From NCBI GenBank assembly GCA_037379345.1, contig CM074511.1, positions 53,078,862 to 53,142,861 of the forward strand: 64,000 nucleotides of DNA, in the 5' to 3' direction. The position numbers were made by a program, and so were the translations under genes. The stretch's first letter is position 1; each line of letters opens with the position of its first letter. Positions 22,401-35,700 of this stretch are shown piece by piece. The notes beneath the pieces are model-generated. The model made no database searches. It had not been told where the DNA came from and was given only the letters and a program-made list of their open reading frames with translations. Source of the stretch: Perna viridis (lineage: Eukaryota).

Positions 22401-25400
22401 GATACAAGAATATTGTACAAGTAAGTGTCCATTGCACTAGCTATACCTAAGTTTTTAGAGACAGCATAGCCTATAAAACTAATGCCAATTTCAGTTTTAC
22501 TTACTGCAGATCCTGGTTTAGTAGTTGTGGCACCAGGTAATGGCAAAACAGTATGTCCTCCCTGCATTTTAAAAAGAGATAATTCAATAAAAATGGCCAT
22601 AATGGATTAACATTCAAAAGAGAATAATCTGGATTGTACCTTCTACTACATTTACAGATTTTTCAGGTTGGTTTGTTATCATATAAAAATACAAAAGAAT
22701 TTTCAAGAACTTAAATAAATCAATGTTTTCCAAATTTATACACGACAAATCATTTTGGCTGATAACAATAGTTGTATTCTCTGAAAAAACATTTTTGAGA
22801 TTTTGCATGTACGTTTAGACCATCAGACAAGGGAACACTATAAAATGACCCCCACAGGACATACAATACCAATATTTGGAAGTATACACGTTAGAAAGTT
22901 AACTATTGCTTACAGTTTCTGTTTGCCAGAAGGTATCTACTATGGCACATTGTTTGTTTCCCACAACATTATAATACCACAGCCATGCTTCAGGATTTAT
23001 TGGTTCTCCTACTGTGGCTAAAACTTTCAGTGAAGATCTGTCATACCTATAGATGGAATATATTATCCAAAGAGTTACATTTAATCTCTTACAAGAGGCT
23101 GTCTGATTGAAAGCAAACCTGATTTCACACAAAGGAATTAGAACTGTGAACGATTCACTGCAGGAAGTGTTATTGAGGGTTCTTGTGAAGATACATGTGA
23201 ATTCCTAAATACATAGAAAAGAAGTTTGAATTTAAATAAACAAACTTTTTGTTGAAGATACTGGTGCATTTTGTGCACTTTCCAATATCAATCCTTTTTT
23301 CCATAAATAGAAATGGATTTCAAATAAATCTTAAAAACAAACATAACATTTTATCTAATCACAATGTATGCAACAGTCCCAACTTAAACATGACAACAGT
23401 GAAAGTCCCTATTTTTTGGAACAAAAATTGCCACCTTTCAGATACAACAAAAGCAATATTTACTGGTATATAAAAAAATACCTGACTCCCATTTTGCCTC
23501 ATGAAAAATTATAAAAGAATACATATTTTCTTACTTGGTAACATATTCATCTCCAAATCTCATCAATGATCTAATGGCAGTAGGAGCCGTGTAGAACTTT
23601 GATACTTTGTACTTTTCAACAACTGCCCAAAATCTTCCTGCGTCAGGGTAAAATGGAGTTCCCTCAAACTAAAAATAACAACTGAAAACTGTTAAACACC
23701 TGGAGGACCCAAAAGTAACAAACTCAAATAATGGTAAAATTCATATAAATACATAGATACCTTGGTCTGTTTGTTCTTATCTTAAAAAAAAATAAATGTC
23801 AGCCAACAAAAACAATTTTTTATTACTATTTTAGGATAAAATTATAAGAGTGGATCATCTGGTGCAGTTTATTGCAAATTGTGATATAGCCAAAAAAATG
23901 AAATGTACATGATAAAGACTTTTGATTTCTGTGGATGATATTATATTTACATTTCTGAACCAATATGAATCATGAAGAAATTGGTTTTTTTTTTATTTGT
24001 ATAAGTGATACTGAGTCAATGATTTTTTCCACTCACTATTATTCCAGTAGCACCATTATTGAGTGGTCCATAAGCTACATATGTGTGACCAGTGATCCAT
24101 CCTACATCAGCTGTACACCAGAACACATCATCAGGCTGGTAATCAAATGCATATTTAAATGTTGTTGCTGAGTAAAGCATATATCCACCTACAGTGTGTA
24201 GTACACCCTTAGGTTTTCCTGTTGATCCACTGCAAAAATTAAATCACTCTTCAATAATCAGTCAACAAGCTACTTAAACATGTATGTATATCAATCAAAA
24301 GCTCAATAGAGCTTATGCTTATTATCATGTATTTCATGCTGACTCTAAATAAAACTTATTTCTTTATTTATAATAATCTTTTCAAAAGTAACTCCAATTT
24401 TAGGTTACACACCAATAATTCAACCAAAGAGTATTTAGAATGTATGCAAAAATAGTCCTAAGTTTTAGTGCACTTGTGCTATGTTGCTGTGAATTGTGCA
24501 CATCAAATTTGCACAAGTAAGCCTGTTTTTGACAGAGAATCATATTTTCTTTATTTTTACATAAAATGGTCACTGTAACTTACTGAATTAAATATTTTCT
24601 AGAGTTCTGCATGAAAACTTGTTTTATGTGCAATGTATGGGAATTCTCATTCTACTTTTAGCTCATTGTCTTCTAGGTGCAGGTGTCACACTGCAAGGTA
24701 GTAAACCCCACATGATATTTTCAGTGCAGCTTTTAGGTGTTTTTTAGTCTTCTTCAGGTTAACTTAAGGTAGTAATGCATTGAATTTAGTAAAATTAGCA
24801 CTGGAGCCTACGGTTAGTGACATAAGTGGTTTGTAGCCTCCAATTAAAATTTTGTTTGAAACAAAAAGGTTAAAACTGATTTACCTCCCTTGTCTTAGGT
24901 TTAGCTAATCTATATCATGACCAACTTGGTCAAGTATGTCTAGATGACACTTACCCTACATGTCTGACAGTCTTAGTAAGCCTCATTTTGTGAGCAAATA
25001 TATACACATTGTTATAACCCTGTTTTCCTCTTAATTCACTCTAAATGTATCAAGGGATATATCTTAGAAGGCAAATATCTGACAAATTGTTTATGTCATA
25101 CATTCACATTGCAATGTATTATCATCCTAATACAATGTTTATCTTATTGCTTTGTCAAGTTTAACCAAACTAAAATAGGAAACAAAAGAAACCTTCGGCA
25201 GTTTCAATCTTCACACAGGGTTTCAGTTAATAGCTAACATTCATCAAAATGTCAAGTCTAAGTAAATTCCTCTTCTATACAAAATTTCTTGCCTATTCAG
25301 TTAAGTTCATGCTGCTGCTTTAGAAACAATACCTCGTATACAACATGAATAAGGGATCCTCAGCATCCATCCATTCAGGTTCACACTCTGTAGGTGCTGT

Positions 25401-28400
25401 CATTACTACATCATGCCACCAAATGTCTCTACCTTCAGTCCATTTTATCTGCAAAACAAATAAAAGTATGGTAAAAGACAAACTCTGTTCTAAAACTTTT
25501 CTTGTGTTGTTCACTTTTGGTTCATTTCAAATTTCAGTCATTATTTTCAATTGTAAAGTAGAGTAGCCAAGACCAAATCAATATGGAAGCCTTTCATTGC
25601 ACAGAAAAAAGGGGGAAGGATTTATTTTGGTTGGTTTCTATTGCAAGCACATTCTTGTAATGCATTGTAGCTATACCTCTGAGTATAAACATTTCTACAT
25701 CAAGCTTTCTTGAATGCCAGTGAAAGAACTGGGGGTCATAAAATTAAACCTATTTTTGGTATTGTATCTGCTCAACTGAGTTTTGGTCATGTAACCAATA
25801 TCCACTTAAAAACACCCAAGATTTATGCTGGTACATAAGGTTATGTTACAAACAGGAAGTTTTTCAGCGACACCAGGTACTGGTATACCAAATTTGACAT
25901 TGCTACAATATATTCCAGTCTTGTCCACTATGATTTGTATATGTACCTTTAAATTCTTGGTAGGTCTTTTTGCAGGTATGTCCATGCTGCTGTCACAGTC
26001 ACCATTTTCATGTACATTATGTCCCATAGGTAGGAGATGTTTTATAACAAAACAGTGACTAATTTTATGGTCACTTAAAAAAAAATAATTGTTATTTACA
26101 ATATCTAAATGACATTAATAAGTTTGTTTGTTGATATCTTTGATAATAAAAAGTTCTTAAATTCTGAATAGTCACAAAATTTTAAACCATGTGTTTATCA
26201 CATATTATACTGTCATATCTCTTATTTCTTTATTGAAGAAAATACAAGTACCTGTAGTGGGAACTGAAATTAAAATAAACATATCTTAGCTTTAAAAAAT
26301 GTGGATTAATGTATAAACTTGAAATAAAATAAGCCAAATAGGAAATATGTAAAACAAAAACACACCTCTTTGAGCAAATATCTAAAGATGCATCAACAAT
26401 GGATTTCAGATTTAACAACTTGCTGCCTCTCCATACTCCATCTAAAAGAATATTTTACAAGGTGATGATTTTAATACCTTCTAAGTAAACCAATAGGGTA
26501 CAAATATATATAAATTTTACTATTAATGAAAACTTAGGAAGACTATTTTTATTAAATTTTGATGTGTTAAGATGTAATTGGCTTAACTCAAAGTTTTAAG
26601 CATGATTGGCTTTATCCATGAAGACCCAAGTTCTAGTAGCCTTGGGACAAACTTGTCTGTGGGCTGAGTTGTTCCAAATGTACTAGCTTACTCAACATTC
26701 AATCTGTTATTTTTTTTCATTATTCAAAATGTTTTTGTTATTTTGTCTGCATTAAATTTATAAATCCTGGAAAGTTCAACTGAATGTTACTTCTTGTCAG
26801 ACTGAAATCAGACTCTAAGTGCTTCAAATGTTATTTCTTCAATTCATGTTTATTACCATTATGAGAACTTTGTCCTCTATTACAGTAATCTCTTCCTACT
26901 TTTCTTTTAAGAATAAATTTGTGTGTTTTTGTAATGTAATATACTAACCAGCAGTTACTATTGCACAACATTCTCCATCTAAGATTCTTTCAGCCAGTGA
27001 TTCTGCAGAGAAACCAGCAAACTGAAAATGTAAAACAGTATCTATAAGACTTTATCATTCTTGAAATGTGCTAGTATCAAAAATTTTGGAATCAGGTGAA
27101 TAACATAATGTCAAGGCAAAATATATATGGTACATGTATTGACACTGTATACCATGGTCACTAAATATGATATTATTGCTCCCCATTTTTTGCCAAAAAT
27201 AAACAATTATCTTTCAATTAATCCTTATCATTACTTATCTTTGTATTATTTTGGTTATTTCATGTTATTTGTTGTGTGTGTCCATTTTCCATGCCTGATT
27301 TTTGTCCCTGGATTACATTCTTTTGATTTCTGCTAGAATCTTGGTTCCCTTGATTACTCTTAATTCATTGTCATGCTTCTGTAACTTATGCATTAACCAT
27401 AACATTAATGCAATTTATCAATGACTCTTTTCCTTTATAAAAATACAACTTAAAGTTGGTACTCATCTTTCAACCAGTCTTAAATTCTTATTGTTAAGCA
27501 TGTAATGATGCAAGCTTATTGTTTCCTGCCACAAAGCCACAGTGACAAATAATAATGTCCACTGTCTGTCAATAACATGTTGTGAATGAATAATCTCTAA
27601 AACTGCTTTATGTATTTATAGAATGTATTTTTAGGGAGTGTACATGTGCCTACTTCGATGGTAAATGTATTTTGATGGTTTCATCAGCAGTGGGAGAGGG
27701 GCTATGGCTACAAAGCAATCTTGTTGAGTTGGAGGTAAATTTTCAGACATTATTATGTGTCAATTTATTTAAATTCAATTTGTTTCCATAATTCAATAGT
27801 TACTACATTACCACAATGGAATGTATGATACCAAGTCTTGCACATGCTAACAAAGCAACAGTCAGTTCAATTATCATAGGCATGTAGATGGCCACTCGAT
27901 CACCTTTTTTCATTCCTGAAGAAAAAAACAATGCTTCATACATTGCCATATAATAATAAAGTAAACTTTTTGTTGTTTTCAAAATATCAATTTTCATCAT
28001 GATTGTATGATGGCTTTTACCTGATACAAATGTTTTTCTCTTTATCATTTTTCGTTGCTGTTAAGTAGCACTCCGCCTAAGGATCATGCAAAATGTGATT
28101 CATGGGTAAAAAGCCTACATATTTATATTTTTGAGATTTTGTTTGAAATGTCATAGTAAACAGAAATTAACATATGGTTTTTCATATAACCCGTGCTCTT
28201 AGGAAATAAAAATTACATAGAATGCACTGTAGATTTCATAATTAAGGGAGATAACTCTGTAAATGGCACTCAAATACAATAGAATCTACTGGATTTTCAA
28301 TGTGGATTATCTCCTAAGAGCAGGCAGATTTGAATGAATAATTACACATTTCATAATATAGACCCATAAGACAACTTAATTACAAAAATAAAAATATGTA

Positions 28401-29509
28401 GCCTTTTTTGGGGTATATCACATTTTTCAGATTTTGTATGATTCTTACAAAGACAGCTACTTAATAGTTTTGACAGATGTGTTTACTTTACTTTACTGTT
28501 TATGACCTTTAAAAAACTAATAACAATTTACAATGTAATTTAACATACCACATTGCTTCAAAATATTAGCAAATTGACAAACTTTTTCCTTGAGTTCTGT
28601 ATATGTTGCTTTTCCATGATCACTAGGATCATTCCCTTCCCTGCAATAAAATTGATAAAAAGTTAGAATGCAAACTTAACATAAAGTTAATTTTAAGACA
28701 CTACCTTGAACATTGACGAAAACAATATATTTTCCTGATGTTTTCTTAATCAATTCTCCTTCAACTTAAAGATCAATGACATCACAATTTAAAATTACAT
28801 TGTATCATTGACATCAAAAAGTTATTCGGAAACAAATCTGAGGTCATTCGGACCAAAATGAAAAGTGTGAATTCATGTATACAATATGAATTTTTAAAAA
28901 TGCAGATAAATTTAGGAACATACCAAAAGCTTATTATTATAACAACTGTAGTCTAAAAAGCGATGACATAATGGAAATGGGATTACAATGAAATGGTATG
29001 TGACAAGAAATCTGACTAATTTTCAAAATACAAGTACAGGTACATGTACAATTTTTATTTATATAAATTGCATGACAAGAAATGTTTGCACAGTTCATCA
29101 TACATGCATTTGTATGACTAATTGTTGACTATAATTTAGAAGACTGTTACATATACTGAATGTACACACAAGTGTATGTACATGTATGTACTAACCAGTA
29201 AAATGCCACTTTGTCCCCATGGCCATTATTGATATGACGGTCTAAAGCATTATAGCAAATATTGGTTTTGGCTCCTTCCATCCATTTAACAAATATGCGA
29301 CCCTTTCTACAGTCAAAGTTGTAATCTAAAAATTTGCCAGTTTGAGGAGATTTCCAATAAAACTGCTTTGCAATTTCTCCCCAAAAGGCTTCAGGATCAT
29401 CTACTGATCTTTGATGCATTTGTTTGTATTCTTCAAAACTTTTAACATGAGATTCATTTAGGAGTCTGCTTGGTGGGGGGTATTTTAAATTATCGTGTGA
29501 TACGTCCAT
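19407..29509 (-). CDS. ACSS2: Acetyl-CoA synthetase, cytosolic/nuclear type, ~685 aa, 16 exons: 29509-29196, 28640-28549, 27915-27812, 27021-26949, 26441-26366, 26073-25947, 25448-25333, 24229-24037, 23668-23535, 23046-22914, 22561-22505, 21795-21712, 21335-21227, 20760-20561, 19872-19827, 19606-19407
   Basis: All GT-AG with consistent phases (2058 nt). Motifs: AMP-binding [54 protein letters not shown]. In-frame TAG 4 codons upstream of the ATG and no mitochondrial presequence. Confidence 0.93.
19905..20190. repeat. ~46-48-bp minisatellite in ACSS2 intron 14
   Basis: About 6 units of ATGTATCACC..AATATTGTAGTAATCTTGATGACTTTGGTTTGAC. Confidence 0.85.
28061..28463. mobile_element. MITE with long imperfect TIRs, TTAA-flanked (Kolobok/piggyBac-type target)
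   Basis: TTAA-GTAGC...AAGGATCATGCAAAAT / ATTTTGTATGATTCTT...GCTAC-TTAA; inner AAAAGCCTACATATTT / AAATATGTAGCCTTTT. Confidence 0.65.
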
Positions 29510-29707
29510 CCTTCTTTTCTAGCTTGAAATGGAAAACTATTTTCGGCCTGGTTCGGCAACATTAATTTTCAGTGTCAATAATAAACTTGATTATTTCTTA
29601 ACTCTGTTATTACAAAACAAGCATTTAGGTGACGTGACGCTGAAATCTAATACCAAGTTCAATAACAGTTTAAAGAAATCTCCGGAAAATATTGTAGTTG
29701 AGCAGAA
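29510..29707. promoter_or_regulatory. Bidirectional promoter region shared by ACSS2 and RCHY1
   Basis: Only 198 bp between the divergent ATGs; GTGACGTGACGC (tandem CRE/ATF half sites) at ~29629-29640 and CCGGAA (ETS core) at ~29682-29687. Confidence 0.65.
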
Positions 29708-32700
29708 ATGGCAACAGAGACTGAAGATAGAAATAAGAAATACGGGTGTCATCATTACAAGAGAAGATGTAGATTAATTGTGAGTTGAAGCAAAGTCTTT
29801 CTATGTGACTATGAACGAGGAATTAGTTTAAGTTTGGTTTACCGTTGCTCGTAATAAAAATGCATTCGTAAAAATCCTATCGAAATGCAAACTTTAACAT
29901 GTCAATGATTTTCATCAATGTATAGTGGCACATCTATGTAAAGTTGTTATTGTTGATTAAGTAAGTACGATATCTTGTTCCCTGCCGTGTGTTAATTTGA
30001 GATACCAGTTAGTTGCCAATCTCTTGTGTATTTATGTCTCTCAGACGTCATGTACATGTACATGTACATATACATTTTACCTCACTTAATATTATCTGTC
30101 TGCTGCAATAAAATGAATATAAGTTACTTTTTAGTTTGATGATTTTTCTTTAACTAAGGGGTAGTATACACTTCATGAACCACAAAGCAGTTAGTTGCCA
30201 AACATAAACCATCCCAAAGTTGTTAAAATGCTAGCATGTAAGTCTTTAACTTAGTCAAAAATTAGACTGTAGACTAAATGATGTCAAAGTACCTGTACCT
30301 GTACCTGTATATACATGTATGTAACACATACAATATAATGGGAATTTTTTTCCATAGGCATTTTTGTAGAGGGAAAAGTGCAAGTTAAATTTTGCACTGA
30401 GTTTAAATTTCACATTTTAACAAAAAGTAGGTGAGAATTTCCCAGAATATAATGTATATATCCTAACTTGGATTAAAGAATTACTGAAATAAAAAAGTAT
30501 CTTCACATTGATGTTCAATAAACCACAGTACAGAAAGAGACATGCCATGACTGAACTCTGAAATACTGTTGTACCACTTTAAAAGTGGTACCAAAGAACT
30601 TTTTTCAGTAGGAAATTTTTTGTTATTTTCTTTTGTATTTAGCCCTACCCCTTTCAATGCTGAAAAAAATATGAAAATATCTTGAAAGATAGGAGTGGTA
30701 CACCACTATGTCGGTGATCAGTCAAGGTATGTCTTTTTTTCTGTACTATATGATATGCTTAAAAATAAGTGTCATTTTTTTTAGCGCTGCAAGGAGTATT
30801 TGAATAAATGGGTAATGTGGTCTTTTGTTTAATTGGTTGGTCAAAGAAATAAATATTAACAACATGGTTTATTTACATATCATAAATCTGCCCAATTTTA
30901 TGTTTAATTATAAAAATTCATTTATATATTGCTATAATTCCATATGCATGATGTCATATTTTTTAATATATTTTGATGATCTGCACCCAAGCTGACAGAT
31001 CAAATACTGGCAATTCTTCCATGTGTCAAATTGACTTCTTTTTAGGGTGTCCTAGTGTATTGCTAAATAAACAATATAACATGTACATGTACCTGTAATT
31101 GGCCTATTTAAGTATACTTTATTTAGTCAGAGACCTGAGAGGGATAGGAGACATTAAATGTACATTTAAACACAGATTTTTCCCTAACAAGTTCAAATAC
31201 TCCAATTTTTTTGGAAAATTTTTGCTGTGTCTAATTGTAGCGATTTTGTTGCAAACACGAACATAGGAAAAATAAAACATGTGAAAGGAAAAAAAAAACC
31301 ATGTTGTGCAAAGAGAAACAGCCATTCAGAGTCCTTATTACAAGTCAAATTTAATTAGTAAAGGGTTCATTATTTTTGTGATTACAGTGTTCAGAAATTT
31401 ATTTTCATTCTTTACTTCTGTATATGCAGGGCCATTGTAAGAAGTTTAACAAAACCTTTATCTGCAGTTAATTTAACATGTTGCATTTTGAGCAGTTATA
31501 CAGATTATAAAAACAACCATTTTTTCCCATTTTCACTTCCAAATGCAAATCTGCTAAGTCAATGGAGTACTCATATTTTGCAAATTTATGCGTACACTGT
31601 AACTGTATCCATTTGTAGGGGCATTTTCTTTAAATCAATCAGCAAAGAATGTTTGATATGTATTTTCTAATTCTTTGGGGTGAATCTGCTGTGCTTTGGC
31701 ATTTCTCACAATTCTATACTCTAGTTTATATGACAGTTATATAAAAAGGTTCTTTTGCAATTATTATAAACTGTTTTGAACAGGCACCATGCTGTAGTAA
31801 GCAGTATCCATGTCGTATCTGTCATGATGAAGCTGAAAACCATGAACTTGACAGGTTTAAAGTGTCAACAGTTGCCTGCTCTGAGTGTGGTCAAATACAG
31901 CAGGTAATAACTGTATATGACGTGAATTAATGTCATTGTTTGATGGTGTCCAATTTAATAAAGTACATGTAGCTCCGATTTTTTTTTTTTTTTTGTTGAC
32001 CTTGATGATTTTTTCCCCTCCTTTTTATTAGTAGCAAATCCTTAAAAGTGGGTTTTGTTTTGACTAAAAACTTGCCTGACAAAGTATATATTACATGTTA
32101 TTGAATAAAATACTTGTAATGACTGAAATTCCTTCTTTCACAGAAACAAGAAAAGTGCACAAAATGTGGTGTAAAATTTGGTAACTATTTTTGTTCTGTG
32201 TGTTCACTGTTTGATGATGCGGACAAGAAACAGTTTCACTGTGAAGATTGTGGATTGTGTAGGTATGTATATAATTGTTGTGTGTAACATACATTGACTA
32301 TCTCAACACAACTATAACTTCATTTTTATGTTTTTATGAAACTTTGGGAAACTTTCATTATGGGAGACAGCCTTAATATAGCAATACTGGTAATTTAAAG
32401 AAAATCGCTGATATTCACCTTGAATGCATTTTTTTTATTAAACTTAAGCTTGTTAAGTAACTTCATGGACAACCTTTTTTGAAACCCAAAGTTTTCAGTA
32501 TGTATTGTATAAGGTTGTTTGCTCTATAAATAATACAAGTATTCATAAATATTAAGCCAAATGTTGGCTAACTACTGCCAGACATGTATCTGGAACAGAT
32601 CACCAGTAAAATATGTTTGCTTTAGAATGAGAAATAAACCTATTAGAAGCATTTATACATGTTCATTGAGTATTGTTTACTTTTGTATTATTTTTTAGGG

Positions 32701-35700
32701 TTGGTGGGAGAGAAAACTTCTTTCACTGTGAAAAATGTGATATGTGCTTGGGAGTTGACTTAAAGAACCAGCATAAGGTGTGTTTGTTTGTATTTATTTT
32801 ACAAATTATCTAGATCAGGATCAAATGTACTGGTATATGATACTTTTTAAAATCCCTACTTTTTAGCTCACCTGGCCAAAGGCCAAGTGAGCTTATGCCA
32901 TCACTTGGCGTCCGTCGTCATCGTCGTGGACAAATTTTAAAAAATCTTCTCCTCTGAAACTACTGGACTGACAGGTTTTAAACTTGGCATGATTGTTCCT
33001 TAGGGTGTTCTGCACAGAATGACTGTTGGGATTTTTGATCCATGAAAAAACATGGTCGCTGTTATTAAAAATAGAACATAGGGGTCAGATTGCAGTTTTT
33101 TGCAAATAACTCAAAAACCATTGCCTTTAGCAAATTTCTGGTATGGGTAATATTGTTCAGCATCATGATAGGACCTATGCCGAAATTTTCAAAACCATTC
33201 ATTGACTAAGTAGGAGTTACGGCCCCTGAAACAGTCTTTTTTTTGCATTTTTGGCATGTGCAACTTTGAAAATCTTATTCTCAAAATCCATTGCACAGAA
33301 TTCAATGAAAGTTGGCATTTATTTCCTTAGGGTATCCTACACAAAATGACTGTTGGGATTGTTGATTCATGAAAAAACATGGCCGCCATTACTAAAAATA
33401 GAACATAGGGGTCTGATGGCATTTTTTTGCAAATAACTCAAAACCGTTGCCTTAAGCAAATTTCTGGTATGGGTAATATTGTTCAGCATCATGATAGGAC
33501 CTATGCCGAAATTTTCAAAACCATTCATTGACTAAGCAGGAGTTACAACCCCTGAAACAGTTTTTTTGTTGTTTTTTTTCACATGTACAACTTCGAAAAT
33601 CTTCTTCTCTAAAACCATTTAAGATCATTGAATGAAAATAAGCATAATAGTTCTTTAGTGTATTGTGCTCAAAATGAGTGTTGTGATTTTTAATCCGTGA
33701 TCTGTGGCTGCCTATACTAAAAATGGAACTTAGGGGTCATAAGACAGGTTTTTGAAAATAATTCAAAAATTGTTGCATTTAGCAAATTCTGGTTCAGGTC
33801 ATGAAAATGCTATGAAAAGCATTTCTTGCATTTGACAATTTAGTTGGTTTTAACTTAGCCAGTCTCATTCCTCAAGTTTTTCCAATAAGCAAATGGTTAA
33901 CTAGGTGAGCGATTCAGGCTCTCTTGAGCCTCTAGTTTTACTTCTATGATAAGTTTCAGTGATTAAGTAACAGAATGATGTTGAGTCTAGTTAATATTCT
34001 AAAGGGGGAATTCAAGCTGCCTGCATAAATTATAACTAGATAAACTATGAGCAATGCCTACTAACTTGGTACCACCACTAACCTATTTAATAACATGTAC
34101 CTTCTGACCTCTATATTGATTTTGATCAAAATTTTAAATAGGAGGTGCACAATGGGAACACACAATAAAGATTCTGTAAAAGTTTAATTAAATTCCATTC
34201 AATGGTATAGGTGGATTAACAGATAAGAGATGGGTCCCCATGCCCCAATATTTGCAAATGACAAAGTCCATGTTTTGCTATGTGTCATTGTGACACCCCT
34301 AATTAATTTGGATCAAAACCTAAAATAGGATGTGCACAATGGGAACATGTAATAAAGATTCTGTGAAAGTTCCATTTAATTCCATTCAGTGGTGTAGGAG
34401 TAGTAATGGATATGAGATTGATTCTTCTTTGTCTCAATATTTACAAATGAAAAAGTCTATGTTTTGCTATGTGAAACCCCCAAATTGATTCGAACCAAAA
34501 TCTGAAAAAAATGGATGTGCACAATGGGAACATGTAATAAAGATTCTGTGGAAGTTTCATTAAATTCCATTCCGTGATATAGGAGGAGTAACAGAAAAGA
34601 GATGGGTCCCCCCCCCCCTGTGTAACGAAAGGAAGGAATTACGGACAGATGGAAGTTGGACACCCTCATCACAATATACCCCACTGTGCAATTGGGGTAT
34701 AAAAATGAACCATTAGTTCAGTAGATTTATTAAATTTTCCATCTGACTACAGCCTTTTCAAAAGTTACTATGAACTTTTGATGTTTCTTTTACAAAAAGA
34801 CAACTTTTCATGTCCAACTTAGCTTTTGGTTGAGAAAATTTGATCCCTTACTTTCATTGTTGTTTTAAGTACCAGTCCATATGAAATTCAGACACTGCCA
34901 ATAGTTAAGTTATTCATGGTGTAGAAAAACCCACCAAACAAACAATGCTTTTTCGGTCTATTTATGCTATACTTTCACATAACGGTAATTATTTCTGCAT
35001 TCAGATCTGCACTTTATAGGAAATTATACATTTATCTACCACTAGAATCAACCAAATTAAAACAAATCAAGAACGATAACTCCTTCATAGTGCCAGTTTC
35101 ATGTACAATCTATATGATTTTTATCTCAAAAGTACAACAACCAATTGAAAAACAAAGTCTGGTTATGTGATCAGTAACTGTTTCTGAACAATAAAAAACT
35201 GAATTTGGTGGGTTTTTGAATCCATGAATTACCTTCTGTCTGATTTTTATAGATATTGCTACTTAATAAGAACAGTCAGTACTTAACTTTAAAGTGAGAT
35301 AATTTTGTATAAGATGTGGCCCACTGCTCTTAAATTTATATATATATCAGTTATTTAATTCACCATCTTTGATGAAGAATTATGGTCATACATTAACTTA
35401 AGAATGGTTAGAAAAAGATGAGGATATGCTTTACCTGTAGTTTGATTCATTCAGTAATTCAGTAAATCTAGTCCTACAATATTGGTTGCCATGGTAACTG
35501 TAAAGCAGAGAAGTAGTAAATTTCATATAATTGCTTTTTTTGTGTGTTCTTCAGTATAAAACCATAATCAATAGGGTACATTGTGTGCATCACACCATCT
35601 GTATTTGTGAGTGTTAAAAGAGATGTAAACATGATATTGAAGATGTTCAGAAGAAAGTCCATTTTTTGGTGCTAATATGGTCATGGTCAAGAGATGAATT

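Noticed and set aside
29510-29540. N-terminal mitochondrial extension of ACSS (ACSS1-like)
   Set aside because: In-frame TAG four codons upstream of the ATG; only an unseen upstream exon could add one.
29529-29777. 82-aa ORF in the ACSS2/RCHY1 gap
   Set aside because: Overlaps true RCHY1 exon 1 in another frame; no motif support.
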